Source: Amoebophrya sp. A120 | Lineage: Eukaryota > Protista > Dinoflagellata | Direction: 5' to 3' | Assembly: GCA_905178155.1 (NCBI GenBank) | Contig: CAJINV010000001.1 | Coordinates: forward strand, 2,035,904 to 2,099,903 | DNA: 64,000 nt | Shown: positions 1-12,700 of the stretch, piece by piece | Layout of the letters: every line of letters starts with the position of its first letter | How positions within the stretch are numbered: position 1 is the stretch's first letter | The notes under the pieces: model-generated | What the model was told of the DNA's origin: nothing | What the model saw: only the letters and a program-made list of their open reading frames with translations | Database searches by the model: none | Made by a program: the position numbers and the translations under genes

Positions 1-1844
1 AAAATCGTGCGCCAAGTGGTTCAACGCACCCACCGCGGAGAACAACCTGCATCATCAAACGGAGAAGTTTTAGTTTAGTTATAGTTCTTTCGTGAGTGAT
101 CAGCCAGCTCAACAGGCAGAAACGCGCAATCAAATGAGCCAAATTAGGCCAAATTGATACTTCATCACTAATTTGCATGCTGCTACCTTTGAAGACGATT
201 CGACTCAGATGAGGGGACGACGAGTTTGAATATCCTCAGTCTTCATCTTCTACAACTTCATCAACAGTTCTTGAACAACAAGCTTAATATAATAAGTTCA
301 TCGATTATCATAAAAGCTAAAGCTTAACAATGAACGATACAGGTGCGAGTCCCGAATCATGAGCACGTCCTTGTTCACCATCGAGGCCCCCTGCTGGTTG
401 GTCCACCTCCTTTCCGGCACCAACGCCACCTATGCATTGCAAAAGCCTCGTACTAGTATAAATTGCATTGCAAATAATTATATATTTCAATTATTTGCTC
501 AAAAGAAAAAAAAGAATTTGTCATGCTGATTAGCTTCACGTCGGAGATTTGTCATGCATGATTGCAAGTACTACGAGTGCGATGCTTTTGCAGTCCATAC
601 CACCGCCTCCGGCATGATTTCCCGCAGGTCTTGCGCCAGAATCCCCAGCTGGGTCTATTACAGTGAAAAGTGCCCCCCACCCCCAAAGTTGCAAAAATTT
701 GTGATGCGAGGTTTCCAAATGAAACCTTTTTGTCATGCATGAAAGGAATATGAATCTTTCTGATGCAGATTCTAGTGTTGTTTCGCATCGCTTGCATGAC
801 GAGCACCGCTCTTGCTGGGATCTTTTGCAATACAAATTTTTGCTATTCACAATCGGAAATCTGTGATGCTGATACATGCAAGAGGCCGAATGTTTCATTT
901 GGAAAGGTTTGCAATACAAATGCTTTCAAGTTCGGGGGTGGGGGCGTTTTTCATTGTAATAGGGTCCGGTTGAAAAACTTATTGAAAAATTCGTCCTCCT
1001 TGTGCAGGAAGCTTTGCACCTGAGATCGATGATGTGTATAGTTGTTGTTCACATCAAGGCATAAACATCCAGGAATTACTAGACTATCGATTTAGATAGA
1101 ACTTTTGACAACACTTCTAAATCGACATGTTCTTCGTGCATCATCTTCAATATAATTGCACGATGCTGATGTACTCAGAACTGCACCAGCATGCCAGGAT
1201 CATATGACGCACCACCAGTGAATGGATTTCTCTAGTAGTACTTGCAAAACTTCTCGCTCCACATCCTGCATGCTGAACGAGGTGAGCATGTACTGTTGTC
1301 CTGCTGTGGTACTAGTAATTAATATCTTGTCACCACGTTCTTACCTGCAGCCTTTTGATTTGGCCCAACAAGGATTCCGTGTTCGCGGGAGAGACCTCAT
1401 CCTTCAGCTATGCATTGCAAAAGTATCGCACTCGTAGTAGTATTGCACTTATGCATTAGCATGACATCAAATTTCTTTCCAAAGGTAAATCTGCATATAC
1501 AAATTTCATTTCTATTTCTAACGCGAAGCGAATTCTTCGTGCGATTTCTACTAGTGCGATGCTTTTGCAATTCATATGAGTTTTTCGTCCGCAAAGTACG
1601 TTTGGTCCACACAGGAGGAGCAACTCAGGAGCCAGTTCGCGGATACTTGCTGCGGTAGCACGAGAAACTGCGACCACAGGGACGACGAGCACGACCCCGC
1701 GAGCAGCAACGTGGTTGACACTCTGGACATTCTTTTTTTATTTTCGCGCCGTGGGGGACGCGCGGCAGACGAGCACGAGAGAACAACAGAAGAGGTGGGC
1801 ACAGGTGGACGGATGAACGACGTTGGTTGTTCTTGTTGCGCCAT
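1..1844 (-). CDS. Peptidase S74 / intramolecular chaperone (ICA) domain protein, multi-exon, 3' end outside window
   Basis: Manual splicing of exons ~1844-1577, 1403-1345, 1019-962, 650-600, 425-341 and 46-<1 gives ...TYFADEKLKDEVSPANTESLLGQIKRLQVQSFLHKEDEFFNKFFNRTQLGILAQDLREIMPEAVALVPERRWTNQQGASMVNKDVLMIRDSHLLFSAVGALNHL. This matches the S74 pattern (S)DxxLK...GxxAQ(E/D)xxxxxPEAV...GA. Two introns are GT-AG (1020-1344, 47-340) and three are TIR introners. A hydrophobic stretch precedes the domain. Confidence 0.8.
431..599. mobile_element. Introner (TIR intron), family tatgcattgcaaaag
   Basis: TIR tatgcattgcaaaagcctcgtactagta / tactacgagtgcgatgcttttgcagtccata; 5-bp DR ccacc (426-430, 600-604); removal restores PEAV|ALVP. 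Confidence 0.85.
656..961. mobile_element. Introner, family tattacagtgaaaa..cccccacccc
   Basis: TIR of about 35 bp; DR gggtc (651-655, 962-966); removal restores FNRT|QLGILAQ. Confidence 0.85.
1409..1576. mobile_element. Introner, family tatgcattgcaaaag
   Basis: TIR tatgcattgcaaaagtatcgcactcgtag / ctactagtgcgatgcttttgcaattcata; imperfect DR tcagc/tgagt; removal restores ADEKL|KDEV. Confidence 0.8.
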
Positions 1845-3790
1845 TTTGATCTACTCCATACTACTTTTCAAATAGGTTATTTCCACTCTTCTAAAGATAG
1901 TAAAATCTTCATCTCTCATTCGTTTTGCTAAGTACTTCATCACTCTAGTTTGTCGTGTTTGGTTTCAACAAGTGCGACGAGTCGTGCCAGCATACTTCTA
2001 GGTAAAGAGATCCTCACTGCGACTAGGGCTACTGTAACGTCGGGGAATCCATCATATAATTCTGATGCCCCCCAGTTTTTTCAAAAAGGCTTCCGAGCCC
2101 TCGCGGAGATTATCCCAAGAGACAAGGACAATCAATCCACGGGGGTGGTCGAATTTTATTTCCGGCGTGCAAAGGAGAAAGATGAAACACTAACTCACCA
2201 AGGGGAAAAGAAAAAGATGGATACTCAGATTTTTGGGTAATTTCTAGCACAAAAAAGACAAATCGCAACCTTGGTGAAGCTGAAGTAGTACCGATGGTGT
2301 TTTGAAATTGAAATTGACATTGAGAATGAGAAACATTAACATTACAAGTTGAGTGCCGGATATAATTTTTAAGTAGTTCGTCCTGGCGGCGTTCCTCACT
2401 TTTTTATCGTGATAGTGAGCGATAGTGTTTCTGTCTTCAATGTCGTTGGAGGGTGGGGTACAAAACGGGGTTCGGGTTCCTGACGAAGGTTATAAGGAAG
2501 TAGAAGTAGGATCATGTAGACAAAAGCTTGAATCTGTGCAATGGCTTGCATCTTACACTTCCAGAGGAGAACATACTTAACAGCCTCCTTTTAATGAAGA
2601 AAGTTAAAATTTTCGAATACGCTTACCCTCACGCTTTCAATCTTGACATTAACGCTGTACTTCTGCTCGGAGGGTACTTTTTTTACTTACTTCATTACAG
2701 TGCCTGTGGCCGGCAGGAGCTGCAAAACACAAACACTACAAAAAAACTTCGCCTACTTCTTTCTCTCTCTCTCTCTCGTTGTCTCTTTGTTGTCCCTCAT
2801 GCCCTTTCTTCCGGTTTTCATCTTCATTTTCTGTCTCGTTACACGTGCTGTAGCTGTTTGTGTTTGCGCTTTATTTACAAGAAAAATGAGAACTTCTGGG
2901 TCTTCGTGCTCAAGCGGAAACGTGGTGCAAGTGTGGAACACATTGTTCGCCGCAAAGAAGAAATCCGAAATTCTTTTGAGCTGCGGCCTTGCCGCTCGGT
3001 CGTAATGCCCTCGATTGAACTTTTACTTGTTCTTGTTGGTTCATAATTATCATACTCAGAGCGCACAAACTACATAGATCTCACGTCTCTTGTCTGTTTT
3101 TTAAAAAAATCGCGTGTTGCATTCCTTTTGCCTTGCGAGCAATCGTTCAGAAACTTCGATAATATTATACAGCAACCGACGAATCCGCTTGATATGCGTC
3201 AGCCTGCGGAAAGCAACGCAGACACGAACTTCGTCTATCTCATCCCATAAAAAATAAAAAAAAAGTGCCATTATCCTTATGTACTTGTACACGAGTTACA
3301 AACTGGGACTTCATCCTTCTCCTTGTCCTTCATGCGGTCAAATAAAATATATCCATTTTGAAATTTTTGAAACACGATACTCTTGAGTCCTATACTTTTA
3401 CTTTTTCTATGACTATGTTCCTTTGCTTGTAGAGAATTCTCATGCCATAGGTGGAGTAGGTACGATCAACATATTCTTTCATATTATAGTACAATTCTCT
3501 AGCTGCTTTGCAGCTTTGGGTTAAAATCAAATGGACTCTTGTTCACCTCGGGACTCAGAATCACAGGGAAAACAGATTCTGTGTCAGGTTTGTAGTTTTC
3601 AATTTCTTCAGAGCTTCGTCATGCTCGTCCTCTACCTTTTGATTTTTAACTCTCGACGTCAAGTACAATAAACTTCGACTTGTTCATCGCGAGTTTTTAT
3701 CTTGATGAATAATAAAAAGATGCGATAAATTAAAATGAGCAAAGCACTCTCTACTTCGGTATCAAGCTGAAAATTTTTGTGAAGATCTAC

Positions 3791-6700
3791 TTAATTCAAA
3801 TGATCAGCTTCCTTGCCGTGCCGCGGCGTCTCCGTCTCGTCAAACATGACATGTCGCGAATCGAAGCCGTCGTTTATCTTCAATGCGAGATAGCTTTTTT
3901 CGGACCCGGGCAGCATTTCGATTAGGAATTCAAATTTTTCATTTTGTCGTCCGACAACAAATCGATAAATAGACAGTAGCCAGTTCATAACTATGACGAA
4001 ACGGTCGCGCAATTGCGCGAAGAAGGTCCACAGGCTGCTGCTGGACATAATTGCCGAGTGCTGTTCTTGCACTGGGTTGATGAAGGGGTCGATAAATAGC
4101 CAAGATTCCTCCAGATCGACCTGGAAGACCATGAAAGGAGCCCACAACCCTAAATTCCGTTCTTGTAGAGGAAGTGCAGCGATTTCCTCATCTGAAAGGC
4201 GCGTAAATTCCCAGCGGTACGGGTTCTTGTTCAGCTGCCTTTTAAATCGGAAGTCAAATTCGTGAAGAAACTGGGCACGCCCTATGTCCCCTATCGAGAT
4301 CGCGTTAAGTAAAAGATCACGTCTGACATATCCGGTCTGGCCAGCACGGTACTGCCGAATCTTCGCAGGCTCACCGATGACCGTCACTGGAGCCACCAGG
4401 GATTCCCTCTTTTCGGTTGTACCCGGTACCTCGATAGAAGTTACAAACATCTGCTGCTGCGGAAGCTGCAGGGGCTGCAGCTCCTGCCCCGTGGTCGTTA
4501 GATGACCAGCAATCTGATCACGAGTCACCTTCTCCTTCGGGCGCTGTCCTTCTTCGTCGTTGAACCTCGTTACTGCCACGTTTTCGAGTTCGGCCGGTTG
4601 AGGGTATCGAAACAGGATTACGTAAATCGCGTCGGACTCAGGAGGCCCCCGAGGTATCGAGGCCATATCTCCGGATCCACAAGGCGGGCGGCAAATTCCG
4701 GCGCTCGTTTCCGCAGAAAAAACTTTCTGCGCATCTGCTCTTATAATTCGCGCAGGAATGTATGTCTTCGTGGACTCCGAATAATATTGGACATACTTTA
4801 TGTCCGGCGGTGTCTCGTTCTCGTTGGGTGCTTGGGCGACAGAGGAACGGGTCAGCTTTTCATAGAGGCCGGCAGCGCCAGAAGCTGTCGTTCCTGCTGT
4901 TACAACAGCCCCGGCCGCCTGGATGTTGTCCATGGAATCCGAGTCCTTGTCATTAAAAAAATGTCCTCTGATTCGGTCACCAACGAGCTTCGCGAAGGTG
5001 TGAAATTTTTCTCCCACCCACTTCCCGATCACACCGCTGACGTCCTTCGTGATTCTAATGCTGTTCGCTACGACTCCAAACACTGCATTTAGGGTCAGCT
5101 GTTCAACTTTTTCCTGCTTGAAAAAGCCAAACACCAAACCGGGAAGAAGCCCGGCCAAAAATGCCGGAATAGGGCTCTGTCGCACCCCTGGAATCATCAG
5201 AAGGGCGGCGTTCAGCAGCCGAGAAATTCCGTGGCTCATGGTAACGAGCAAGGCCGCGTGCAAACCCTGAGAGAAGATACTCAACAGGATATTTTTCAGA
5301 TCTGTGGCGGCCGCTTGCAGGTAGTCGACCGCTTTCGCCTTCGCAGATTCTAAACCGTTTTCAATCCTTTGGAGGAACGTCGGAGACTGCTCTTCCGAAG
5401 CCTCCCCGTTCCCCTTGTTTCCGCTTTTGCCCGCCACTTTTTCCATCAGGTCGTAAAACAACGCAATCACATACCGAAAGGGAAGATGCATCGCTGAGCT
5501 GTCCTTCTTGCTGGACAGAAATTCAAACATGTTCTTCACAAACGTGCTCTCTTCCAAGTGCGCGAGGCTGCTGGGGCTCGCAAGCCTCTCATTCAGCCAC
5601 GGGAAAAACTTCGTGTCCATGATGTCTTCAAAGCTTGTCCATGATGTGTTCAAAGCTTCTGCAACGAAAGTGCGGAGCTTAGCAAAACACTCGGAGACTT
5701 CATCGAGGAGGACGCTCAAGATTTGCTTCAAACGGGCACGTTTGTACTCTGGGGGGCGGCTCCAAGCTACTTCGCGTGCCTGTCCTCCTTGATTGTACCA
5801 CTCCGACTGGACATGGGTTGACTGCTGAACAAACGAAGTGGACGCGGAGCATCAAAAAGAACAACACACCTCCTGCGCACGGCACCCATCAAGAAAAAGT
5901 ACATCTACATACATCAATGCGCACGCGGGGCGCCCTAAGCACCACCAGCGACTCTGATACAGATGCTGCCACCAGGTGGGGTTAGGGCTTTTGCGACGGA
6001 TCCGGAAAGATGCGAGGCAATAAAAAAACTACTTCCGAAATATAAAATCAAACTCGTTGCTGTGCGCATGCGCTGCCAGCAGCCACGGCAGTCAAGGTCA
6101 ACATATTTTATTTTTTTTTGAAATAACCCAAAGCCTCAGAGTAGTTGCGGCCCACTACAAATGAAGTAAATGCAAGGCCGCGGGGCTTACTAAGCAGATT
6201 GCCACACGAATAAATCAACATATGCTGGGCCGCAGAAGATGGTTTTCACTTTGATATAGAATCGGAACCGCCGCTGCTCGTGGGCGGTGTCGCGGTAGAA
6301 GAAGCGGAATCGTCCGAGGACGGGCCCGCGCACGAGTTCGCCGGGGGCGGCTTCCTCGAAATGCCGTTCGCAGCTCTTCTCATGCGCTCATCGTCCTCGC
6401 TTATGAGCGCGAGTGTATTTTCTTCGTCTCGGAGCGCGAGATCCGTGCTGCTGCCGCTGCTGCTTCTGGATATCTCGCCCCGGGGGACGAGGGCACCGTT
6501 GGCCTCTCGCAGCTTTTTCTTTCTTTCTTCCAATTCTCTCGCTTCCCGGTCCTTCTCGTCTTGTTGGTGCTTGTCGTACCTTGCAGCCGCCTCCGCCAAC
6601 TCGCGTTTCGGTGAAAGAGCTCCCTGGTGGCGTTCTGGTGGTTCTTGTTCATCGGATTCGGAGGGACTATCTCCCTCTTTGCTCTCCGCCTCCTTCGAAA

Positions 6701-9700
6701 AGTAGTCCTCAAATACAGACGATTATCCAACAAGAAAAAAACTGTGTGTGTTTAAGTGTGGAGTATGTCACCTTCGACGTCGTGGGGTCACAGCGTGGTG
6801 CTGGTGGCAAATTGAAATTCAAATTGGTGGTTGTTCTGCATGAAAGAGAAAAAAAATCTATAAACCTGTGGTCATGCACAGCTAGTACGTGTTCGTGAGA
6901 TCGTGTCCTCCTCCTCGAAAACACGTATATCTATATTAAAGAAAGCACGTATGAAAATAACTAACGACCTCCACCAGGACATCATCTTCATCATGGCTTG
7001 CCAGCACGACAAGTGCGACTGTGTATGTGTTGCATGCTTGTTTGCATTTTACATTTACAGGCTTGTTACACGCGACAGACATAGTATTTTTCTTGCATAA
7101 GGACCCCCCGTCATCCTTGCCTGCTTTTCCTCCCAAGATCCCCATCATTGTGATGGCTCTTCCACGTCCGTTTCCGATGGCTGCCTCCTCGTTCACTGCT
7201 GGATCTGCGCCAGCTTCTCGAGGAGAAGCCGCGGCAACATCCTCATCCACTGGAGGCGGGTTGGGCTTGGGGTTGAAGAACTCGAGAATGGCTCGGTGCA
7301 GCACCTTATGGATTGCAAATATGTCCGCGTCTGGGAGTGGGAGGTACTTAGTTGCAAGATTCGTCACGCTAGTCTGGCATGAAGACAACTCCGAGGCTGA
7401 GCTGTGCATTGCGTGGTCGCGAAAAGAGGAGCTCCTCTTGCCTTTCATACAGAAACGCGGATGCTCATGCGGAATGCGCACTTCAGAACTATCTCACAAG
7501 ATTCCAGACACGGAGGACATATTCGCCATGCGTACACCATTTGGAGACCGCCCTTGGCCTTGCATCTTCGTGCTTGAGGTTCGCTTTCATCGGTTTCGTC
7601 TGTTGATGGTGTTTCTGCTCTCGGGGGGGTGTCGGCTTCAGCCTTGCCCTCCTGCTCCTCAACATCCTCCTCACCCCCGTTGCTGAACAGTGTGTCAACC
7701 AGACACAGCAAGTCAAACCCCCCGTCCGGACTCATGAGTGTGCCCTGCAAGAACAGGCGGATTTCTGGCAGCATCAGGCCGAGCGCCGTCCCCAGACCGG
7801 GCACATTATCCACAACCAACGCCACCGCCGCGGAAACGAAGCTGAGCATAAATCCTCCCACCATAGAGCCGACGTTGGAGACAATGTCGTGTGCCATGCT
7901 TGCAATTTTTTTCGCCGCAATGCCCGCGAAGAGGTTCTGGACGATGCCGGGCGACTTCCCGATCATCGAGACCAACCCGACCGCTGCCGTTTTGACCAAC
8001 TTACCCAACATGGCGAAAGTCTTCGTAGCAAAGCCACCAGAACTGCTAGCCTCGCCCGCCCCTAGTTGTGTCAGCGACATTCCTGCAAAGACCACTGGTG
8101 TATCCCGTGCAAAAGTTGTACCGCACTCGTAGTACTAACCGCATTTTCCATACATTGCAGAACAGTTGCTAAGGTAGATCCGCATTAAAATACTCTACGT
8201 CGCGTAATAAGCGGCCCTCAAATAAGGTCAGAGGTCACGAGACAACATTTGACGCCCGGACGCTTGTCGACAGAGCCTGACGCGCGTGACGTCGTATGGG
8301 CTAAGCACTAATCGAACCGAAACCATGCCGCGCGGAGCACAAAGAATTTGCCAGGCAGACTAGCCTCTGCCTGCACTGTAAAGACCCTTGCATGCTAACC
8401 CCAATGCCGGCGACACAGAAGCATCGGGGGGCTATCTGCCCTCTGCGTTTCTAAAAAGGGACCTAGCGCGGTTCTTTCGCAAAAATTCCGAGGGGCTAAC
8501 CGCCCTTTGCATTGATTTTGTACAGGAAATCTAGCCCGGTCCTGGGACAAAAATTTCGGGTGGCTAACCTCCCTTTGCATTTCAAAAAGGGAGGCTAGCC
8601 CGGTCCCTGGGCAAAGTTTTCGAGTAGCTAACCTCCCTTTGCATTTCAAAAAGGGAGGCTAGCCCGGTCCCTGGGCAAAAATTTCGGGTAGCTAACCTTT
8701 CTTTGCATTTCAAAAAGGGGAGCTAGCCCTTGAGCAAAAATTTCAAAGGGCTAACCTAGGTTTGCATTTCAAAAACCTAGGTTAGGAAAAATGAATTGGC
8801 GGGCTTTTGCTAGCCGCCCTTTGCATTTAGGAAAAAAAAAGCGCGCGGCCACGCACTCCCTTTCACACACTGCGCGCACACATGATGCTGGCGTGGTGGG
8901 GAAAAAAAAATTTTCGCGCGCTGCGCGCGCCCGAGTCATAACCTTCTTCCTTCGGGAGTTAGCTCCTGCCCAAAAATTTCAGGGGGCTAACCTAGGTTTG
9001 CATTTCAAAAACCTAGGTTAGGAAAAATGAATTCGCGCACTTTTCCTAACCGAGGTTTTCAAAATGAAAACCTCGGTTAGGAAAAAAAAATGTGGCTGTT
9101 TGCCAAGGCCGCCTTGGCAAACGGCCACATTTTTTTTTCCTAACCAAGGTTTTCATTTTGAAAACCTTGGTTAGGAAAAAAGGCCAAAATCATTTTTCCT
9201 AACCGAGGTTTTCATTTTGAAAAGGGCGGTCAGGAAAAATTTCAATGGGCTAACCTCTGTTTGCATTTCAAACAGGGAGGTTAGGAAAAATGAATTCGCC
9301 CACTTTTGCTAACCGCCCTTTTCAAAATGGAAAAGGCGGTCAGGAAAAAAAAATCCGGCCGCTTTCCCAGGCTCAGCCTGGAAAGGCGGCACATTTTTTT
9401 TTCCTCACCGCCCTTTTCATTTTGAAAAGGGCGGCTAGGAAAAAGGCGCCTACTCATTTTTCCTAACCTCCCTGCTTCAAGTCTCGTTCTCGTGCCCAAG
9501 CCACGGCTGCCCATTACCTGAAAAAGTATTGAGGTTGTGAGAATTTTGATGGTGGCTTTCTAGCAGCCAGACTGTGCAAGTTGCGGCAGATGCACTATCA
9601 CAAGGAAAAGCAAACGATAGGCATCGCAAATGCAGAAACCGACTTGCGTTTTTTATTGTCCGGAAAGGAGAGCAATTAATAGCGCCACTCGTCGCGCACG

Positions 9701-12700
9701 CAGCATGGGATTGCGGCGGGCGAGGAGTAAGCTTTCCGATTTTCTGTCGCCTTGCTCGCTTTCTTGTTCGGTTCTTGCGCCTGGGCTGTGCAGTTGCTGC
9801 AGACGCGCTACGCCAATGATTACGCGTATGCATCTTGTTACACGGAAGCAACTTGCGCTGTTTGTTCTACGGAAATAAAGGGCGCACGCCTGTCGCACAA
9901 GGACGAGCAGCAGACGCAGCGCACAAAGCTTCCGACGCGTTTTTGTTTTCCATTCCTAGTCATCAGCTACTCGCGCTCGCTAAAATTATTCCGAGCGATC
10001 GGGCGTCAAATGTCTGGACTTATGAAAGGGCCGCTAATTCGGTTCTATAGAGTATATGAGTCAGCTTTATTTTGTAATGCACTTCTTTATTGATGTTGTG
10101 CATGTACTACTGGTACGAAATTTTTGCCATCCATATGGTCGTGTCATGGATGTCGAAAGTGCCAGACGCTCACTCTCGTCTCTTTGAGAGTTCCAAGACC
10201 AATCCAACACGTGAGTCTTTGACGGATCCGCCATGTTGTGCTGGCCGCCAGGGTTCCCTAGGAAACTACTGGAAACTACTGCACCACTTGACGGCGCGCC
10301 AGGCGTTGCTGAAGAGGAAGATGATCCCGACGCTGCGTGCGAAGGTTGTGGGTCTCGGGCTGTGAGAATCACAATATAGAATTATGACTACTTCGATATA
10401 ATCATAAATATGTTTCAAAGGGCAGGAGCTACGGAAAAATGAAAATCACAATCAGAACAAATATATTCTTGGCCGCGGCACAAGCGAAAACTAAAAGCAC
10501 AACATGATCGATCAAACGGAAAACTCTTCTTCTCCGAATAAAGAGGGACCACAGCAGCTTCAGATCAGAACCGACAGACACTCGGCAATCACAAAATCCC
10601 ATACGAACTGCTGGCCTAACAGGCAGCTTTCTCTGGCTATGTACTCGGCGTCGCGCCTCTGTCTTCTACTCTTTCGACGTGTCACATCGTCTCAAAACTA
10701 AACAGTAAGTATGTACCTTGGAGTGGTCCCGCCAGCTGTAGTTCAACATTATCTCGCGCTGCAATAGAAGACTGGCGGCCACTTGAGCTAGCCCGCGACA
10801 CTGGTGTAGCAACTGCGGACGAGGTGGTTGGTTTCTTTTCCAGAGCGCTACTACTAGTAGATGTAGAAGAACCGGCATTATCACGAGAAAAAAGTGTTAC
10901 AGTTACTGTTACACATTTGCTGGAGTTTCTGCATCACAAATTTTCTCTGTGTGGCAGAGAAAAGTTGTAATGCGAAGATCGCAAGGGAAAACAGGAAGGA
11001 AACGAGGCTCCCAAGCATTTCCTGCATGAGAAAGGTTGTCTGTGTTGCCGGTCTTGCAACACAATGTGTAAACTGTAACACTTTTTTCTTGCGATAGGCA
11101 TCACCAGAACCACCACCACCTCCAACATCAAGATCAGCGGGCTCATGATCTTGGTTAGCACCACCACCTCCACCATCAAGATCAGCGGGCTCATCTTGGT
11201 TAGCACCGTTGGCTTCGTCCACCGTGCCTTGCAAGCTTTCCACGAGGCTGACGAAGTTGTAATTCTTTTTGTCTTCGCCTTCCTCTGTAGCTGTCTTGTG
11301 TTCTTCGACATCGCTTTCGCCATCGCCATCGCCCGCCTGCTCGGTAGTACTTTCCTCGTCGTCAAACTTGAAGTCGTTTTCCTCGTCTAGATCCTCGTTC
11401 TATCCGCTGCAAACATGTCTGGGTCGTGGTCTGGAAACCTCATTATTGCTGGTCTTACATTTTTTATTTCTGTAGCATCTTCTGCATTCATTTTCATCCA
11501 TGGCCAACAAAGAAAAATCGCAGCAGCTGCCTTTGTCATACAAAAACGCACAAGGAGGTTCTCATGCGGACTGGGTATCTATTTGTTTCTATGCATATGC
11601 GGGAGCGTTCCGGAAAAAACTTGTCAAAGAACTTGGCTGCCGCGTTCGAAGTTTGTTCTTTCTGTGCTTATTTGTACCTTTGCACATATAATCTTCCACA
11701 GTTCAGGATCGCAACTTTTTCATTTTTCCTGACCCAGACACTACAGTTGCATCTGATAACCCCGCCGTGCTCTTCGCAACGACGCTTTCGATCTTCGTAG
11801 TGACTTTCGTCAGCACGTTCCCTCCGCGTGTATGCATTGCAAAAGTATCGCACTAGTACAACTAGTAGAAATTGCGTCACAAATTTGGTCAGCATGAAAA
11901 AGCGCGGCACAGAGGTTGTAGGAGCTCTGTCATGCGCGATTGCGATTAGTACAACGAGCGCGATGCTTTTGCAGTGCATATCCTGCGATGAACGACAACT
12001 TCGGCAGACTTCGCATGAGATTGTGGAAGAAATGTTGGAGCCAGTTGTGGGCAAACACATGCTCATGGAGGCCGGTGACGACATTTTCCACAACAGAGGG
12101 AATCAAGTGCAAAAGTGTCTGGGTCTGGAAGATTGCCAGGTTTGTCATGCATATTTTGAATGGCCCATGATGTCTGTGACGCATCCCCTAGCATCACAGA
12201 TCTTTAGAGGACTTTGCGTTGCCTCTACCGCATGAGAAATGCCGTCTCCGCGTAGCACAAACTGCACTCCTCTTGCTGGTCATGCAATACAATTTTTATC
12301 AGAATCGAAAAAGAAAAACAGAATCACAAGTTCCACCAACCTTCCAGACCCAGACATATTTGCAATCCATAGAGGGAATCATGACCCGAAAGACCTGCTC
12401 GATCTGGTCTTCGACGAGTTTTCGGATCTTTTTATTTTCCCCAATGGCGACCAGAGCGGAATCGAGGATCGCGGGAAGCATTGTATCGCATGTAAAAACG
12501 TCGACGTCCCAACAGCATCGCTGTCACGCAAATCAGCGCGCTGAAAATGTTTCTCAACATGCGGAGCCCCATGTTGCGAAGCATTCTCTGATCAAGTTTT
12601 GGACTTTGTCATGCTCCAAGCAGCACGATGCGCGAGATCTGTGACCACGCTGCTGAAGAACTAGCTCAAACAGGACTACGCTACGAGTCCAGACTTGTCA

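Noticed and set aside
2528-3292. Possible small gene or extra 3' exons of paralogue A
   Set aside because: Only short open frames with stops were found, with no recognisable homology or consistent splice path.
8395-9475. ctaacc/ggttag as interstitial telomere repeats
   Set aside because: The motif never forms tandem TTAGGG or TTTAGGG runs; it occurs only as hairpin ends.
11113-11205. 45-48 bp tandem duplication (DLDGGGGGANQD(H)EPA)
   Set aside because: Ordinary in-frame low-complexity coding repeat.
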